Positions 34,083 to 44,163 of a stretch of 64,000 nt of DNA are shown here, in pieces. Below the pieces are notes generated by a model. The model was not told the origin of the DNA. It did no database searches and saw nothing but the letters and a program-made list of their open reading frames with translations. Both the position numbers and the translations under genes were made by a program. This DNA is from Candidatus Magasanikbacteria bacterium GW2011_GWC2_37_14 (GTDB lineage: Bacteria > Patescibacteriota > Patescibacteriia > Magasanikbacterales > UBA922), in NCBI GenBank assembly GCA_000990355.1, contig LBSX01000002.1:6000-69999 (forward strand), read 5' to 3'. Position 1 is the stretch's first letter; each line of letters starts with the position of its first letter.

Positions 34083-34175
34083 GTCATGCTGAATTTATTT
34101 CAGCATCTCTTCGATAGATTACTTTTTGCTAAAATAATTAAATTAAGAAAGATCCTGAAACGAGTTCAGGATGAC
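34083..34175. repeat. GTCAT...ATGAC double-hairpin element, 93-nt long form (atpA-atpG spacer)
   Basis: Hairpin stems identical to 22246-22301 and 63253-63345. The AT-rich central spacer contains TGCTAAAAT (34127-34135). Confidence 0.85.
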
Positions 34176-34182
34176 AGACAAT

Positions 34183-35136
34183 ATGCCCGTAAATACCAAA
34201 GCAATTAAAAGAAGAATTAAATCTGTTAGCTCGACCAAAAAAATTACCCGAGCTATGGAAATGATTTCCGCAGTAAAAATGCGTAAAGCTATTGAAGCAG
34301 CAATTAATACTCGTACTTATGCTACTTTGGCTTGGGATTTGCTCGTAAAATTAGCTAAAGTTAAAAAAGATAATTTAGTTCTTTTGGAAGTTCGTCCTGT
34401 AAAAAAGTTATTAGTAATTTTAATAACTTCTAATCGCGGACTTTGTGGTAGTTTCAATGCTAATATTATTAAAAAAACTGCTGCTCAGTTGGCTGATCCT
34501 AAGAATATTAGTCGTCAAAGAGTAGAAAATGGCCATTTAGAGCCAGCAAATATTGTAGAAGTGGATGTTGTAGGTGTGGGTAAAAAAGGTGCTGATTTCG
34601 CCAAAAAAATGGGTTATAATTTGATTGCTAGTTTTTCCGATTTTTCTGATACCTTAAAATTAAACGATGTTTTACCAATTTGTAAAATGGTGATTGATGA
34701 GTATAGTAAAAAAAATTATGACAAAGTTGTGGTGGCCTACACCGATTTCAAATCCACCGTTAATCAAGTAGCCAAGCTACGTCAAGTTTTGCCAATTTCC
34801 GAACTTGATTTAGAAAAGATGATTACCGATCTAGGTACAGAAATTGCCGAAAAAAATAAAATTACCGAACTTGAACTAGATAATTATATTTTTGAACCAA
34901 CACAAGATGATGTTTTGGAAATTATTTTACCACGTTTGGTAGAAACACAGATTTATCAAGCAACATTAGAATCTGCAGCTTCCGAACATAGCGCTCGCAT
35001 GATCGCTATGAGAAATGCTAGTGATGCTGCTTCCGACATGATTAAAGAATTAACCTTAACATTTAATAAAGCACGTCAAGCTGGCATTACACAAGAAATT
35101 GCTGAAATTGCTGGTGGGGCAGCAGCTTTAGAATAA
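34183..35136 (+). CDS. atpG: F0F1 ATP synthase subunit gamma
   Basis: N-terminal IKRRIKSVSSTKKITRAMEMISAVKMRKA and C-terminal ITQEIAEIAGGAAAL. An alternative in-frame ATG at 34171 lies inside the repeat. Confidence 0.92.
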   Translation: MPVNTKAIKRRIKSVSSTKKITRAMEMISAVKMRKAIEAAINTRTYATLAWDLLVKLAKVKKDNLVLLEVRPVKKLLVILITSNRGLCGSFNANIIKKTAAQLADPKNISRQRVENGHLEPANIVEVDVVGVGKKGADFAKKMGYNLIASFSDFSDTLKLNDVLPICKMVIDEYSKKNYDKVVVAYTDFKSTVNQVAKLRQVLPISELDLEKMITDLGTEIAEKNKITELELDNYIFEPTQDDVLEIILPRLVETQIYQATLESAASEHSARMIAMRNASDAASDMIKELTLTFNKARQAGITQEIAEIAGGAAALE

Positions 35137-35145
35137 TTTTTATAA

Positions 35146-36546
<1,401 letters not shown>

Positions 36547-36548
36547 TT

Positions 36549-36980
36549 ATGAATACGTTAAAGTTCAAAATTGCCACACCAGAAAAAGTCGTTTATGAAA
36601 ACGAAATTTTTCAGGTTTCTATTCCTACTACTACCGGAGAAATTACCATACTACCTAATCATTCACCCCTCGTTTCTATTTTGCAAGCAGGTGAATTAAG
36701 ATTTAAAGACAATGAAGGCGAACATTTAATGGCTGTTTCTGGTGGATTTTTGGAAATTCGCGCCAATAATGAATTAATAATTTTGGCAGATAACGCCGAA
36801 CGTGCTGAACATATTGATATTGACCGTGCTGAAGAAGCTCGAAATAGGGCTGAAGAACAAATGAAAGCTGTTAAAACTGGAGAGGATATTGATTATGCTA
36901 AGTTACAGGCAATAATAGAGAGAGAAGTGAATAGAATGAGAGTTGGTAAAAAATATAAAAATATAAAAATTAACAGTTGA
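36549..36980 (+). CDS. atpC: F0F1 ATP synthase subunit epsilon
   Basis: Beta-sandwich N-terminus plus helical C-terminus. Operon position fits. Confidence 0.9.
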   Translation: MNTLKFKIATPEKVVYENEIFQVSIPTTTGEITILPNHSPLVSILQAGELRFKDNEGEHLMAVSGGFLEIRANNELIILADNAERAEHIDIDRAEEARNRAEEQMKAVKTGEDIDYAKLQAIIEREVNRMRVGKKYKNIKINS

Positions 36981-37005
36981 CACCTTTTTTAGAGTATTTT
37001 ATAAT
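36977..37005 (+). promoter_or_regulatory. perfect consensus promoter TTGACA-N17-TATAAT
   Basis: TTGACA 36977-36982, TATAAT 37000-37005. Confidence 0.65.
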
Positions 37006-37037
37006 ATAATTATTAATTATAATTTTTAATTTATAGT

Positions 37038-37160
37038 ATGGCAGATTGCCCACAATGTGGTATGCCCATGGACGAAGATATTTCTTGTCCAAAGTGCGAT
37101 GCTTGCGATCAGTGTTGTAAATGTTTTGAAGGAGAAGAAACCTTGGAAGAAAATGAATAA
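37038..37160 (+). CDS. 40-aa Cys-rich zinc-ribbon-like protein (MADCPQCGMPMDEDISCPKCDACDQCCKCFEGEETLEENE)
   Basis: Not in the track (<60 aa). Has its own consensus promoter and terminator. CPQC...CPKC pattern, 9 Cys. Confidence 0.5.
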   Translation: MADCPQCGMPMDEDISCPKCDACDQCCKCFEGEETLEENE

Positions 37161-37165
37161 AATTC

Positions 37166-37191
37166 AAAACCCGTTTTTTAGGCGGGTTTTG
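37166..37191 (+). terminator. rho-independent terminator
   Basis: AAAACCCG / CGGGTTTT stem. Confidence 0.7.
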
Positions 37192-37212
37192 TTATCCACA
37201 GTTTAAGTGGTC

Positions 37213-37242
37213 TTGACAGTTTTCATACTAAATTAGTATACT
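37213..37242 (+). promoter_or_regulatory. promoter TTGACA-N18-TATACT with perfect 15-bp palindrome ATACTAA-A-TTAGTAT (37225-37239)
   Basis: Seen directly in sequence. The palindrome resembles the one in the Rrf2/isc promoter. Confidence 0.6.
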
Positions 37243-37277
37243 ATACTTAGTTTAAGTCACTTTTTAATTATAATTAT

Positions 37278-37301
37278 ATGTGTGGTGGATGTTCTTGCTA
37301 A
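37278..37301 (+). promoter_or_regulatory. candidate leader mini-ORF MCGGCSC
   Basis: ATG TGT GGT GGA TGT TCT TGC TAA sits between the promoter and a strong terminator. 3 of 6 sense codons after the ATG are Cys. Confidence 0.3.
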
Positions 37302-37310
37302 ATTAGCCAA

Positions 37311-37341
37311 AAATATCCCGACTAAGTCGGGATATTTTTTT
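37311..37341 (+). terminator. strong hairpin terminator/attenuator upstream of the helicase gene
   Basis: AAATATCCCGAC-taa-GTCGGGATATTT 12-bp stem plus T-run. Confidence 0.7.
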
Positions 37342-37399
37342 ATTGCCTTTTTTATACTTGGATGCTAGAATAGTGTACATATACAAGCTAAAAGAGAGC

Positions 37400-40384
37400 A
37401 TGAAAGATCTGAATTTAGAACAAAAACAAGCAGTAGAATACACCTCTGGTCCGCTTTTGATTGTCGCCGGAGCTGGTACTGGTAAAACTACAGTAATCAC
37501 CCAAAAGATTACTTTTTTGGTTAAGCAAAATTTGGCCAAACCCGAAGAAATTTTGGCTTTAACTTTTACAGAAAAGGCAGCCGGGGAGATGCAGGAGCGC
37601 GTGGATCAACTATTGGATTTGGGTTATTCAGACATGCAGATTTCAACTTTTCATGCTTTTTGTCAAAAACTTTTAGAATTTCATGGGCTAGACATTGGCT
37701 TGTCAAATCAATTTAAATTATTAACTCCCACTGATGCTTGGCTCTTGGTACGTAAAAATTTAGATAAATTTAATTTGGATTATTATCGACCCCTGGGTAA
37801 TCCTACGCGCCATATCCATGAATTAATTAAACATTTTTCTAAGTGTAAGGATGAATTAATTACGCCAGCAGAATATTTAAAATATGCGGAAGAAGTGAGT
37901 TTGGATGATGATGCCGACCCCACCCCATCCTCCCCTACAAGGGGAGGGGAACGTAAGCGTCTCACTGAAATAGCTAATGCTTATCATACTTATAATCAAC
38001 TTTTGCTGGATAATAATTGTCTGGACTTTGGTGATCTAATTTTTTATGGCCTTAAATTGTTAAAAGAACGGCCAAATATTTTAAAATTATTGCAAAATAA
38101 ATATAAATATATTTTGGTTGACGAGTTTCAAGATGTTAATTATGCACAGTATGAATTGGTAAAATTGTTTACGACTAATGGAAATCAGTTAACAGTTGTG
38201 GGAGACGATGACCAGTCAATTTACGCCTTCCGCGGAGCATCGGTTTCCAATATCTTACGTTTTAAAGATGATTTTCCTAATGCCAAAGAAATTGTTTTAA
38301 CAGAAAATTATCGTTCAGGCCAAGAAATATTAGATTTAGCCTATAAATCAATACAAAATAATAATCCCGATCGTCTAGAGATTAAATTAAATATCAATAA
38401 ACAATTAAAGTCAGTAGTTAGTAGCCTGCCTGCCGGCGAGGCAGGTCTAAAGTCTGAAGTCGAATACAAGCATTTTAATACTTCAACTGAAGAAATTAAT
38501 TTTGTAATTAATAAAATTTGTGAGATTTGTAAAGATGAATCTGTAGTTTTGTCAGATTTTGCAATTTTAATTCGCGCCAATAGTCAGGCCGAACCGTTTA
38601 TTAATGCTTTTGAAAAAGTTGGTCTGCCTTATGAGTATCTGGCTTCGTCTGGATTATATCGCCAGCCATTAATTTTAGATTGTATTAACTTTTTAAAAGT
38701 ATTGGACAACTATCACGAATCCAGTGCTATTTTTCGTTTATTACATTTACCTTTTTTAAAATTTAATCCAGATGATTTACAAAAAATAACCTATTTTTCT
38801 AAGAAAAAAAGCATTTCTTATTATGAAACTCTAAAACGTGGATTGGAAATTAATTTATCAAAAACAGGTATTGAAATAGTCAATAAATTGTTAAATATAA
38901 TAAACAGTGGCACACAAATGGCCAAGGAAAAAAAACCTATAATAATTTTATTAGATTTTTTAGAACAAAGTGGTTATTTTAAATATCTTGCCTTGGAAGA
39001 TGAACAAGGTAATAGAGAAATAATTAAACAAATTAAAGAGCTACGAAGTTTTTTTGAAGAAGTTAAACACTACGAAGAATCAGTGCCTCAAGCACGCGTG
39101 TCAGATTTTTTGGAACATTATAATTATATTTTAGAGTCTGGTGATGAAGGGCAAATGTTTAAAAATCTAGAAGAAACAGAAGCGATAAAAATTTTAACGA
39201 TTCATTCTGCCAAGGGCTTAGAATTTAAATATGTTTTTGTTGTTAACTTGGTGGAAGAACGTTTTCCTAGTCGTAAACGTGGAGAAGCTATTGAATTGCC
39301 TGTATCATTAATTAAAGAAAATCTATCAGAAGTGGATTACCATGTTAATGAAGAAAGACGTTTATTTTATGTGGCCTGTACCAGAGCCAAAGAAAAATTA
39401 TTTTTAACTAGCGCGGATGATTATGGTGGGGTGAGAAAGAAGAAAGTTAGTAGGTTTATTGATGAATTAAATTTAAGTATGGAAGCAAGGCAACAATATA
39501 ACAATGTAACTATTGACACATTGCCACATTGTCACACTGTTGACAAAAAAGATATTAATCAGTCTAAAAGTACTACAATTTTATCTGACACCTTTTCCTA
39601 CTCCCAAATCAATTCATATCTTCGCTGTCCTTATCAGTATAAATTAGCCCATGTATTAAAAATTCCTACCACAGGCAATGCTAGTTTTAGTTTTGGTTCA
39701 ACTATACATAATACTTTACAAAAATTTTATAACCAGGTTATTGAATTAAATAGTATTAAACAAGATTCGTTGTTTGTTCAACATACTACAACTAAACAAG
39801 TTGGAGAAATAAAAGTTCCAACATTGGATAATTTACTAAAATTTTATAAAGATTCTTGGCAAGATGACTGGTATCAAAATAAACAACAACGAGAGGAATT
39901 TTACAAAAAAGGACATAAAATATTGGAAATATTTTATTCTTCAGAGCAAAAAAATGGCTGGACTGTGCCAGTTTTTCTAGAGAGCGGTTTTAAAATTAAA
40001 ATAGGAGATTATTTTATAAATGGACGCATAGATCATATTGATAAATTATCGGCTGGTGCTTTAAAGATTATTGATTATAAAACCGGTAAAGCTAAAGAAA
40101 AAGTAGTTGGCGATGATAAAAATCAACTGCTAATTTATCAAATTGCCGCGGAAATTTTACCTGAATACAAAAATATTGGCCCAGTTAGTGAATTAACTTT
40201 TTATTATTTAGAAGAAAATCTTACAACGTCTTTTGTTGGCGACGATAAAGACAAAACAAAACTACAAGAAAAAATTATCAAAACAATTGGGGAAATAAAC
40301 GATTCTAATTTTGTTGCCACACCCAGTGAACACATTTGTCAGCATTGTGATTTTAGAGACATTTGTCAGTTTAGACAATTATAA
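37400..40384 (+). CDS. UvrD/PcrA-type superfamily 1 helicase fused to a C-terminal PD-(D/E)XK nuclease with Cys4 (AddA/AddB-like)
   Basis: AGAGTGKT, VDEFQD, GDDDQSIYAFRGA, TIHSAKGLEF and VACTRAK helicase motifs. IIDYKTGK, QLLIYQ and RCPYQY...CQHCDFRDIC nuclease/Fe-S staple motifs. ATG at 37400. Confidence 0.85.
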   Translation: MKDLNLEQKQAVEYTSGPLLIVAGAGTGKTTVITQKITFLVKQNLAKPEEILALTFTEKAAGEMQERVDQLLDLGYSDMQISTFHAFCQKLLEFHGLDIGLSNQFKLLTPTDAWLLVRKNLDKFNLDYYRPLGNPTRHIHELIKHFSKCKDELITPAEYLKYAEEVSLDDDADPTPSSPTRGGERKRLTEIANAYHTYNQLLLDNNCLDFGDLIFYGLKLLKERPNILKLLQNKYKYILVDEFQDVNYAQYELVKLFTTNGNQLTVVGDDDQSIYAFRGASVSNILRFKDDFPNAKEIVLTENYRSGQEILDLAYKSIQNNNPDRLEIKLNINKQLKSVVSSLPAGEAGLKSEVEYKHFNTSTEEINFVINKICEICKDESVVLSDFAILIRANSQAEPFINAFEKVGLPYEYLASSGLYRQPLILDCINFLKVLDNYHESSAIFRLLHLPFLKFNPDDLQKITYFSKKKSISYYETLKRGLEINLSKTGIEIVNKLLNIINSGTQMAKEKKPIIILLDFLEQSGYFKYLALEDEQGNREIIKQIKELRSFFEEVKHYEESVPQARVSDFLEHYNYILESGDEGQMFKNLEETEAIKILTIHSAKGLEFKYVFVVNLVEERFPSRKRGEAIELPVSLIKENLSEVDYHVNEERRLFYVACTRAKEKLFLTSADDYGGVRKKKVSRFIDELNLSMEARQQYNNVTIDTLPHCHTVDKKDINQSKSTTILSDTFSYSQINSYLRCPYQYKLAHVLKIPTTGNASFSFGSTIHNTLQKFYNQVIELNSIKQDSLFVQHTTTKQVGEIKVPTLDNLLKFYKDSWQDDWYQNKQQREEFYKKGHKILEIFYSSEQKNGWTVPVFLESGFKIKIGDYFINGRIDHIDKLSAGALKIIDYKTGKAKEKVVGDDKNQLLIYQIAAEILPEYKNIGPVSELTFYYLEENLTTSFVGDDKDKTKLQEKIIKTIGEINDSNFVATPSEHICQHCDFRDICQFRQL
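37916..37953. repeat. GC-rich module CCCCACCCC plus CCTCCCCT-aca-AGGGGAGG inside the helicase gene
   Basis: Same hairpin as 1443-1463. Encodes DPTPSSPTRGGE. Confidence 0.75.
38422..38449. repeat. GC-rich module TAGCCTGCCTGCCGG...GGCAGG inside the helicase gene
   Basis: The 15-nt core TAGCCTGCCTGCCGG is identical to 1465-1479. Encodes SLPAGEAGL. Confidence 0.75.
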
Positions 40385-40400
40385 ATAATCGTGCTAAAAT
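40371..40400 (+). promoter_or_regulatory. candidate promoter TTAGAC-N18-TAAAAT with extended -10 TGCTAAAAT
   Basis: TGCTAAAAT at 40392-40400. Confidence 0.4.
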
Positions 40401-40418
40401 AGCCTTATAACCAAATTT

Positions 40419-40673
40419 ATGAAACAATTGAAAAATAATGCCTCAGTAAATGACGAATTGATACTTTTAGCCGAAACAATTTTAGCCGAAGTTTTGGGTT
40501 TAGAAAATGCTATTTTTGTAAAACCTTTGTTTTTAAAAAATCGTACTCTTACGGTTGCGTGCACAAAAGTTGATTTAGCCCCTAGTATTAGAGAAAAACA
40601 GCAAATAATTGTCGAGAAAATTAATGAAAAATTAGGTAAAAACGAAGTAGACAGAATTCGTTATTTGTTGTAA
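40419..40673 (+). CDS. DUF721/DciA-like small protein
   Basis: 84 aa. LKNRTLTVACTKVDLAPSIREKQQIIVEKINEKLG resembles the DUF721 pattern. Confidence 0.5.
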   Translation: MKQLKNNASVNDELILLAETILAEVLGLENAIFVKPLFLKNRTLTVACTKVDLAPSIREKQQIIVEKINEKLGKNEVDRIRYLL

Positions 40674-40681
40674 GATAATCT

Positions 40682-41104
40682 ATGAATTTAAGGCAATATT
40701 TTATAACTATGCTCATTGGCACAATTTTGTGCTGGCTAGCTTGGAGTATAGTAATTATCAATGTAAATCCTGCTGTTGACAGCGGATTGGGTTTTTTCTT
40801 TTTCTATCTCAGTTTGGGATTAGCCTTGTTGGGAACAATCTCTCTGTTAATTTTTGTAATATATTATTTTTTTTCAAAAAAAGAATTACCTTTATTTCGT
40901 TTTGTAAAAAAAAGTTTTCAGACAGCATTGTTTTTAACTTTTTTATTAATTATAATTTTGTATTTACAAGGTAAAGGCTATTTAAGCTGGTGGAATATAT
41001 TATTATTATTTATTATTGTTATTTTATTAGTTATTTTTAAAAAACTGAGTAAAACTTATGAAACAGAGCCAATTATTTACGAAAACAACCAAAAACATTC
41101 CTAA
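40682..41104 (+). CDS. small membrane protein, unknown function
   Basis: Four hydrophobic helices. Overlaps the proS start by 47 nt. Confidence 0.5.
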   Translation: MNLRQYFITMLIGTILCWLAWSIVIINVNPAVDSGLGFFFFYLSLGLALLGTISLLIFVIYYFFSKKELPLFRFVKKSFQTALFLTFLLIIILYLQGKGYLSWWNILLLFIIVILLVIFKKLSKTYETEPIIYENNQKHS

Positions 41105-42302
41105 AGATGAACTGGCCAAAAATGCCGAACTTTTAATTCGTGCTGGTTTTATTCACAAAGAAATGGCAGGGGTTTATTCTCTTATGCCATTGGGTTTTAG
41201 GGTAATCAAAAATATTAAAAATATAGTTGCCGAAGAAATGGAAAAAATTGGTTCTGAAGAAATAATAATGTCTACTTTACAAAATAAAGAAATTTGGCAA
41301 AAAACCGACAGATGGGATGATGAAAAAGTGGATGTTTGGTTTAAATCACAATTAAAAAATGGTAACGAAGTAGGCTTTGGTTGGTCTCACGAGGAACCAA
41401 TTACCGAAATGATGAAATCATTTATAGTTAGTTACAACGACTTACCAAGATTTGTACATCAATTTCAAAATAAATTAAGGAATGAAATAAGAGCAAAAAG
41501 TGGAATTATAAGATGTCGGGAATTTATTATGAAAGACATGTATGCTTTTTGTGCTACAGACGAAGAAAACATGAATTTTTATAATAAAACCACTGAGGCT
41601 TATCTAAAAGTCTTTAAAAGAGTAGGTTTAGGTGATATTACTTATGTAACTTCAGCATCGGGGGGGCTCTTTACCGATAAATTTAGTCATGAGTTTCAAA
41701 CTATTTGTGAAACTGGTGAAGACATTATTTATATAAATAAAGAAAAAAATATTGCTGTTAACAAAGAAATTTACAACAAAGAAAATCTAGAAAAAATGAA
41801 AATGGAGATGAAAGATTTTGAGGAAAAGAAAACAGCCGAGGTAGGAAACATTTTTAATTTCGGCACTAATAAGTGCGAACAAATGGGTCTTTATTTTAAT
41901 GATAAAGATGGAAGTAAAAAACCTGTATATTTAAGTTCCTATGGGATTGGTATTACTAGACTTATGGGAGTTTTGGTGGATGTTCACCATGATGATAAAG
42001 GTATAATTTGGCCAGGCGAAGTTGCTCCATTTGATTATCATCTTATTTCTTTGGCCAAAACTGATGAAGAAAAAAAAGAAGCAGAAAAAGTATACGAAAA
42101 ATTAAAACAAATTGGCAAGGAAGTATTATTTGATGATAGAACAAATAAAACCGCTGGAGAAAAATTTGCTGACAGTGATTTAATAGGTATCCCTGTGCGT
42201 TTAATATTAAGCACTAAAACGTTGGAAGCTGGTGGTTTAGAAATTAAAAATAGAAATGAAAATGAAAGTAAAATAATTAAAATTGGTGAACTACTCCATT
42301 AA
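41058..42302 (+). CDS. proS: proline--tRNA ligase (short form lacking the INS editing domain)
   Basis: MKQSQLFTKT...LIRAGFIHKEMAGVYSLMPLG N-terminus and class II motif 2 LRNEIRAKSGIIRCREFIMKDMY. Confidence 0.88.
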   Translation: MKQSQLFTKTTKNIPKDELAKNAELLIRAGFIHKEMAGVYSLMPLGFRVIKNIKNIVAEEMEKIGSEEIIMSTLQNKEIWQKTDRWDDEKVDVWFKSQLKNGNEVGFGWSHEEPITEMMKSFIVSYNDLPRFVHQFQNKLRNEIRAKSGIIRCREFIMKDMYAFCATDEENMNFYNKTTEAYLKVFKRVGLGDITYVTSASGGLFTDKFSHEFQTICETGEDIIYINKEKNIAVNKEIYNKENLEKMKMEMKDFEEKKTAEVGNIFNFGTNKCEQMGLYFNDKDGSKKPVYLSSYGIGITRLMGVLVDVHHDDKGIIWPGEVAPFDYHLISLAKTDEEKKEAEKVYEKLKQIGKEVLFDDRTNKTAGEKFADSDLIGIPVRLILSTKTLEAGGLEIKNRNENESKIIKIGELLH

Positions 42303-42305
42303 AAT

Positions 42306-43358
42306 ATGTTTTTAAATAATTTATTTAAAAAATTTAACAAAGAAATTGGAATTGATTTGGGTACTGCAAATACTTTGGTGTTTGTAAAAGACAAGGGAAT
42401 TATAATCAATGAACCCTCGGTAGTAGCTATAAATACTCGCACCGAACAAATTTTGGCCGTTGGTAATGAAGCCAAGAGTATGTTGGGTAAAACTCCACCT
42501 CATATTACAGTTACCAAACCACTAACCAATGGTATTATTTCTGATTATGAAGTAACTGAAAAAATGCTTAAATATTTTTTGGATAAGGCCAATGAAGGAA
42601 ATTATTCGTTTTTTAATCGGCCAAGAGTAATCATTTGTGTTCCTTTAGAAGTAACAGAGGTAGAAATTAAGGCTGTTGAAGATGCTACATTAGCAGCAGG
42701 TGCAGGAGAAGTGTTTGTTGTTCAGGAACCTATGGCAGCTGCTATTGGAGCACGCATGCCAATTCAAGATCCTGTGGGTAATATGATAGTTGATATTGGT
42801 GGAGGAAACTGTGAAGTAGCAGTAATTTCATTAAACGGTGTGGTAGCTTGGAAATCAATTATTATCGCTGGTGATGAAATGAATAGAAACATTACACAGT
42901 ATGCACGTGAAGTATTCAATTTATTTATTGGAGAAACACAAGCAGAACAAATAAAAATTAAAATAGGTTCTGCTATTGATGATGGAAATCCAACAGAGTT
43001 TGCTATGCGTGGTCGCGATGTTGTTACTGGATTACCAAGAGAAATAATGGTGACCGACACTCATATTCGCGAAGCTTTATCTCGCTCAGTAAACAGTATT
43101 GTTGAATCTATAAAAATGACATTGGAAATTACCCCACCAGAACTTACCGCCGATATACATGAAAGAGGCTTACTTTTAACGGGAGGTGGTTCATTATTAA
43201 AAGGTTTGGACAGAGTCATTGCCGAATCAACAGAAATACCAGTTAGAATTGCTGATGATCCATTGAGCGCTGTGGTTAGAGGTACAGGAATACTTCTAGA
43301 AGAAAAAGAATTACTAAAAGAAATTGCTTTACCTTCGGCCAGAATTAGTAAAAAATAG
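42306..43358 (+). CDS. mreB: rod shape-determining protein MreB
   Basis: IGIDLGTANTLV, DIGGG, actin-fold conservation. Confidence 0.95.
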   Translation: MFLNNLFKKFNKEIGIDLGTANTLVFVKDKGIIINEPSVVAINTRTEQILAVGNEAKSMLGKTPPHITVTKPLTNGIISDYEVTEKMLKYFLDKANEGNYSFFNRPRVIICVPLEVTEVEIKAVEDATLAAGAGEVFVVQEPMAAAIGARMPIQDPVGNMIVDIGGGNCEVAVISLNGVVAWKSIIIAGDEMNRNITQYAREVFNLFIGETQAEQIKIKIGSAIDDGNPTEFAMRGRDVVTGLPREIMVTDTHIREALSRSVNSIVESIKMTLEITPPELTADIHERGLLLTGGGSLLKGLDRVIAESTEIPVRIADDPLSAVVRGTGILLEEKELLKEIALPSARISKK

Positions 43359-43363
43359 TTTTT

Positions 43364-44158
43364 ATGAAAAATAAATCTAAAACTTTTTTGGCTATAAGTG
43401 TTGTTATATTGTTAACAACATTTTTTCATTATATTGGTTTGTTAAAACCTTTGGAAAATTTAATTAGAAGTTTTATAAGTCCAGTATCCAAAGTAATGTA
43501 TGATTTAAGTTTAGAAATAAAAGGACAAAATCAAAATTTTTCAACAGTAGAAGAATTAAAAAATGCTTATATAATTTCCGAGGAGAAATTATTAGAAAAA
43601 GAAATTTTTGACTCTCAAATTAAATTAGTCTCAGCCGAAAATGAGGAGTTACGCAAAGAACTTAATTTTCTTAAAAAGAATAGTTATCAAACATTGGGAG
43701 CAGATGTAATTGGTAAAAATATTGATTCATTGGGTAATACTATCATTATAAACAGAGGGGAAGATTCAAATTTAAAAGTTGGGCAATCAGTTGTTGTTAG
43801 TGAAGGAGTTTTGATTGGAAAAATAATTAAAGTAGAAAAAAGTAATTCTGTAATACGTCTTATAAATGATAATCAAAGTAAAATTGCTGCCACAATATTA
43901 AATGAAAATAAAAGCATTGGTTTAGTTGAGGGCGGTTATGGTATAAGTATTTATCTTAATTTTGTGCCCCAAACCGAAAAAATTATTATTGGTGATGTTG
44001 TCGTTACTTCGGGGTTAGAAACCAATATACCAAAAGGATTACTGTTGGGTAAAGTAGAGGCAGTTGAAAAGGAAGCTTATCAACCTTTTCAAAAAGCTAT
44101 ACTTACACCTTTTGTTGATTTAGAAAAAATTTTTGTTGTTAGTGTTATTTTAATATAA
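43364..44158 (+). CDS. mreC: rod shape-determining protein MreC
   Basis: N-terminal TM, coiled coil (ENEELRKELNFLKK), beta-rich C-terminus, synteny. Confidence 0.85.
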   Translation: MKNKSKTFLAISVVILLTTFFHYIGLLKPLENLIRSFISPVSKVMYDLSLEIKGQNQNFSTVEELKNAYIISEEKLLEKEIFDSQIKLVSAENEELRKELNFLKKNSYQTLGADVIGKNIDSLGNTIIINRGEDSNLKVGQSVVVSEGVLIGKIIKVEKSNSVIRLINDNQSKIAATILNENKSIGLVEGGYGISIYLNFVPQTEKIIIGDVVVTSGLETNIPKGLLLGKVEAVEKEAYQPFQKAILTPFVDLEKIFVVSVILI

Positions 44159-44163
44159 CAAAT

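Noticed and set aside
34023-34208. Track ORF 34023-34208 (61 aa)
   Set aside because: It is a translation of the atpA 3' end and the double-hairpin repeat in another frame. It overlaps real genes on both sides.
37192-37200. Perfect DnaA box TTATCCACA (and a near match ATATCCACA at 46693-46701) as a sign of oriC
   Set aside because: These are isolated single boxes, with no cluster, no adjacent AT-rich unwinding repeats, and no dnaA/dnaN nearby.
39505-39545. TTGACA ... TTGACA direct repeat inside the helicase gene as an internal promoter
   Set aside because: No -10 hexamer lies at the proper distance. The sequence is within a well-supported coding region.
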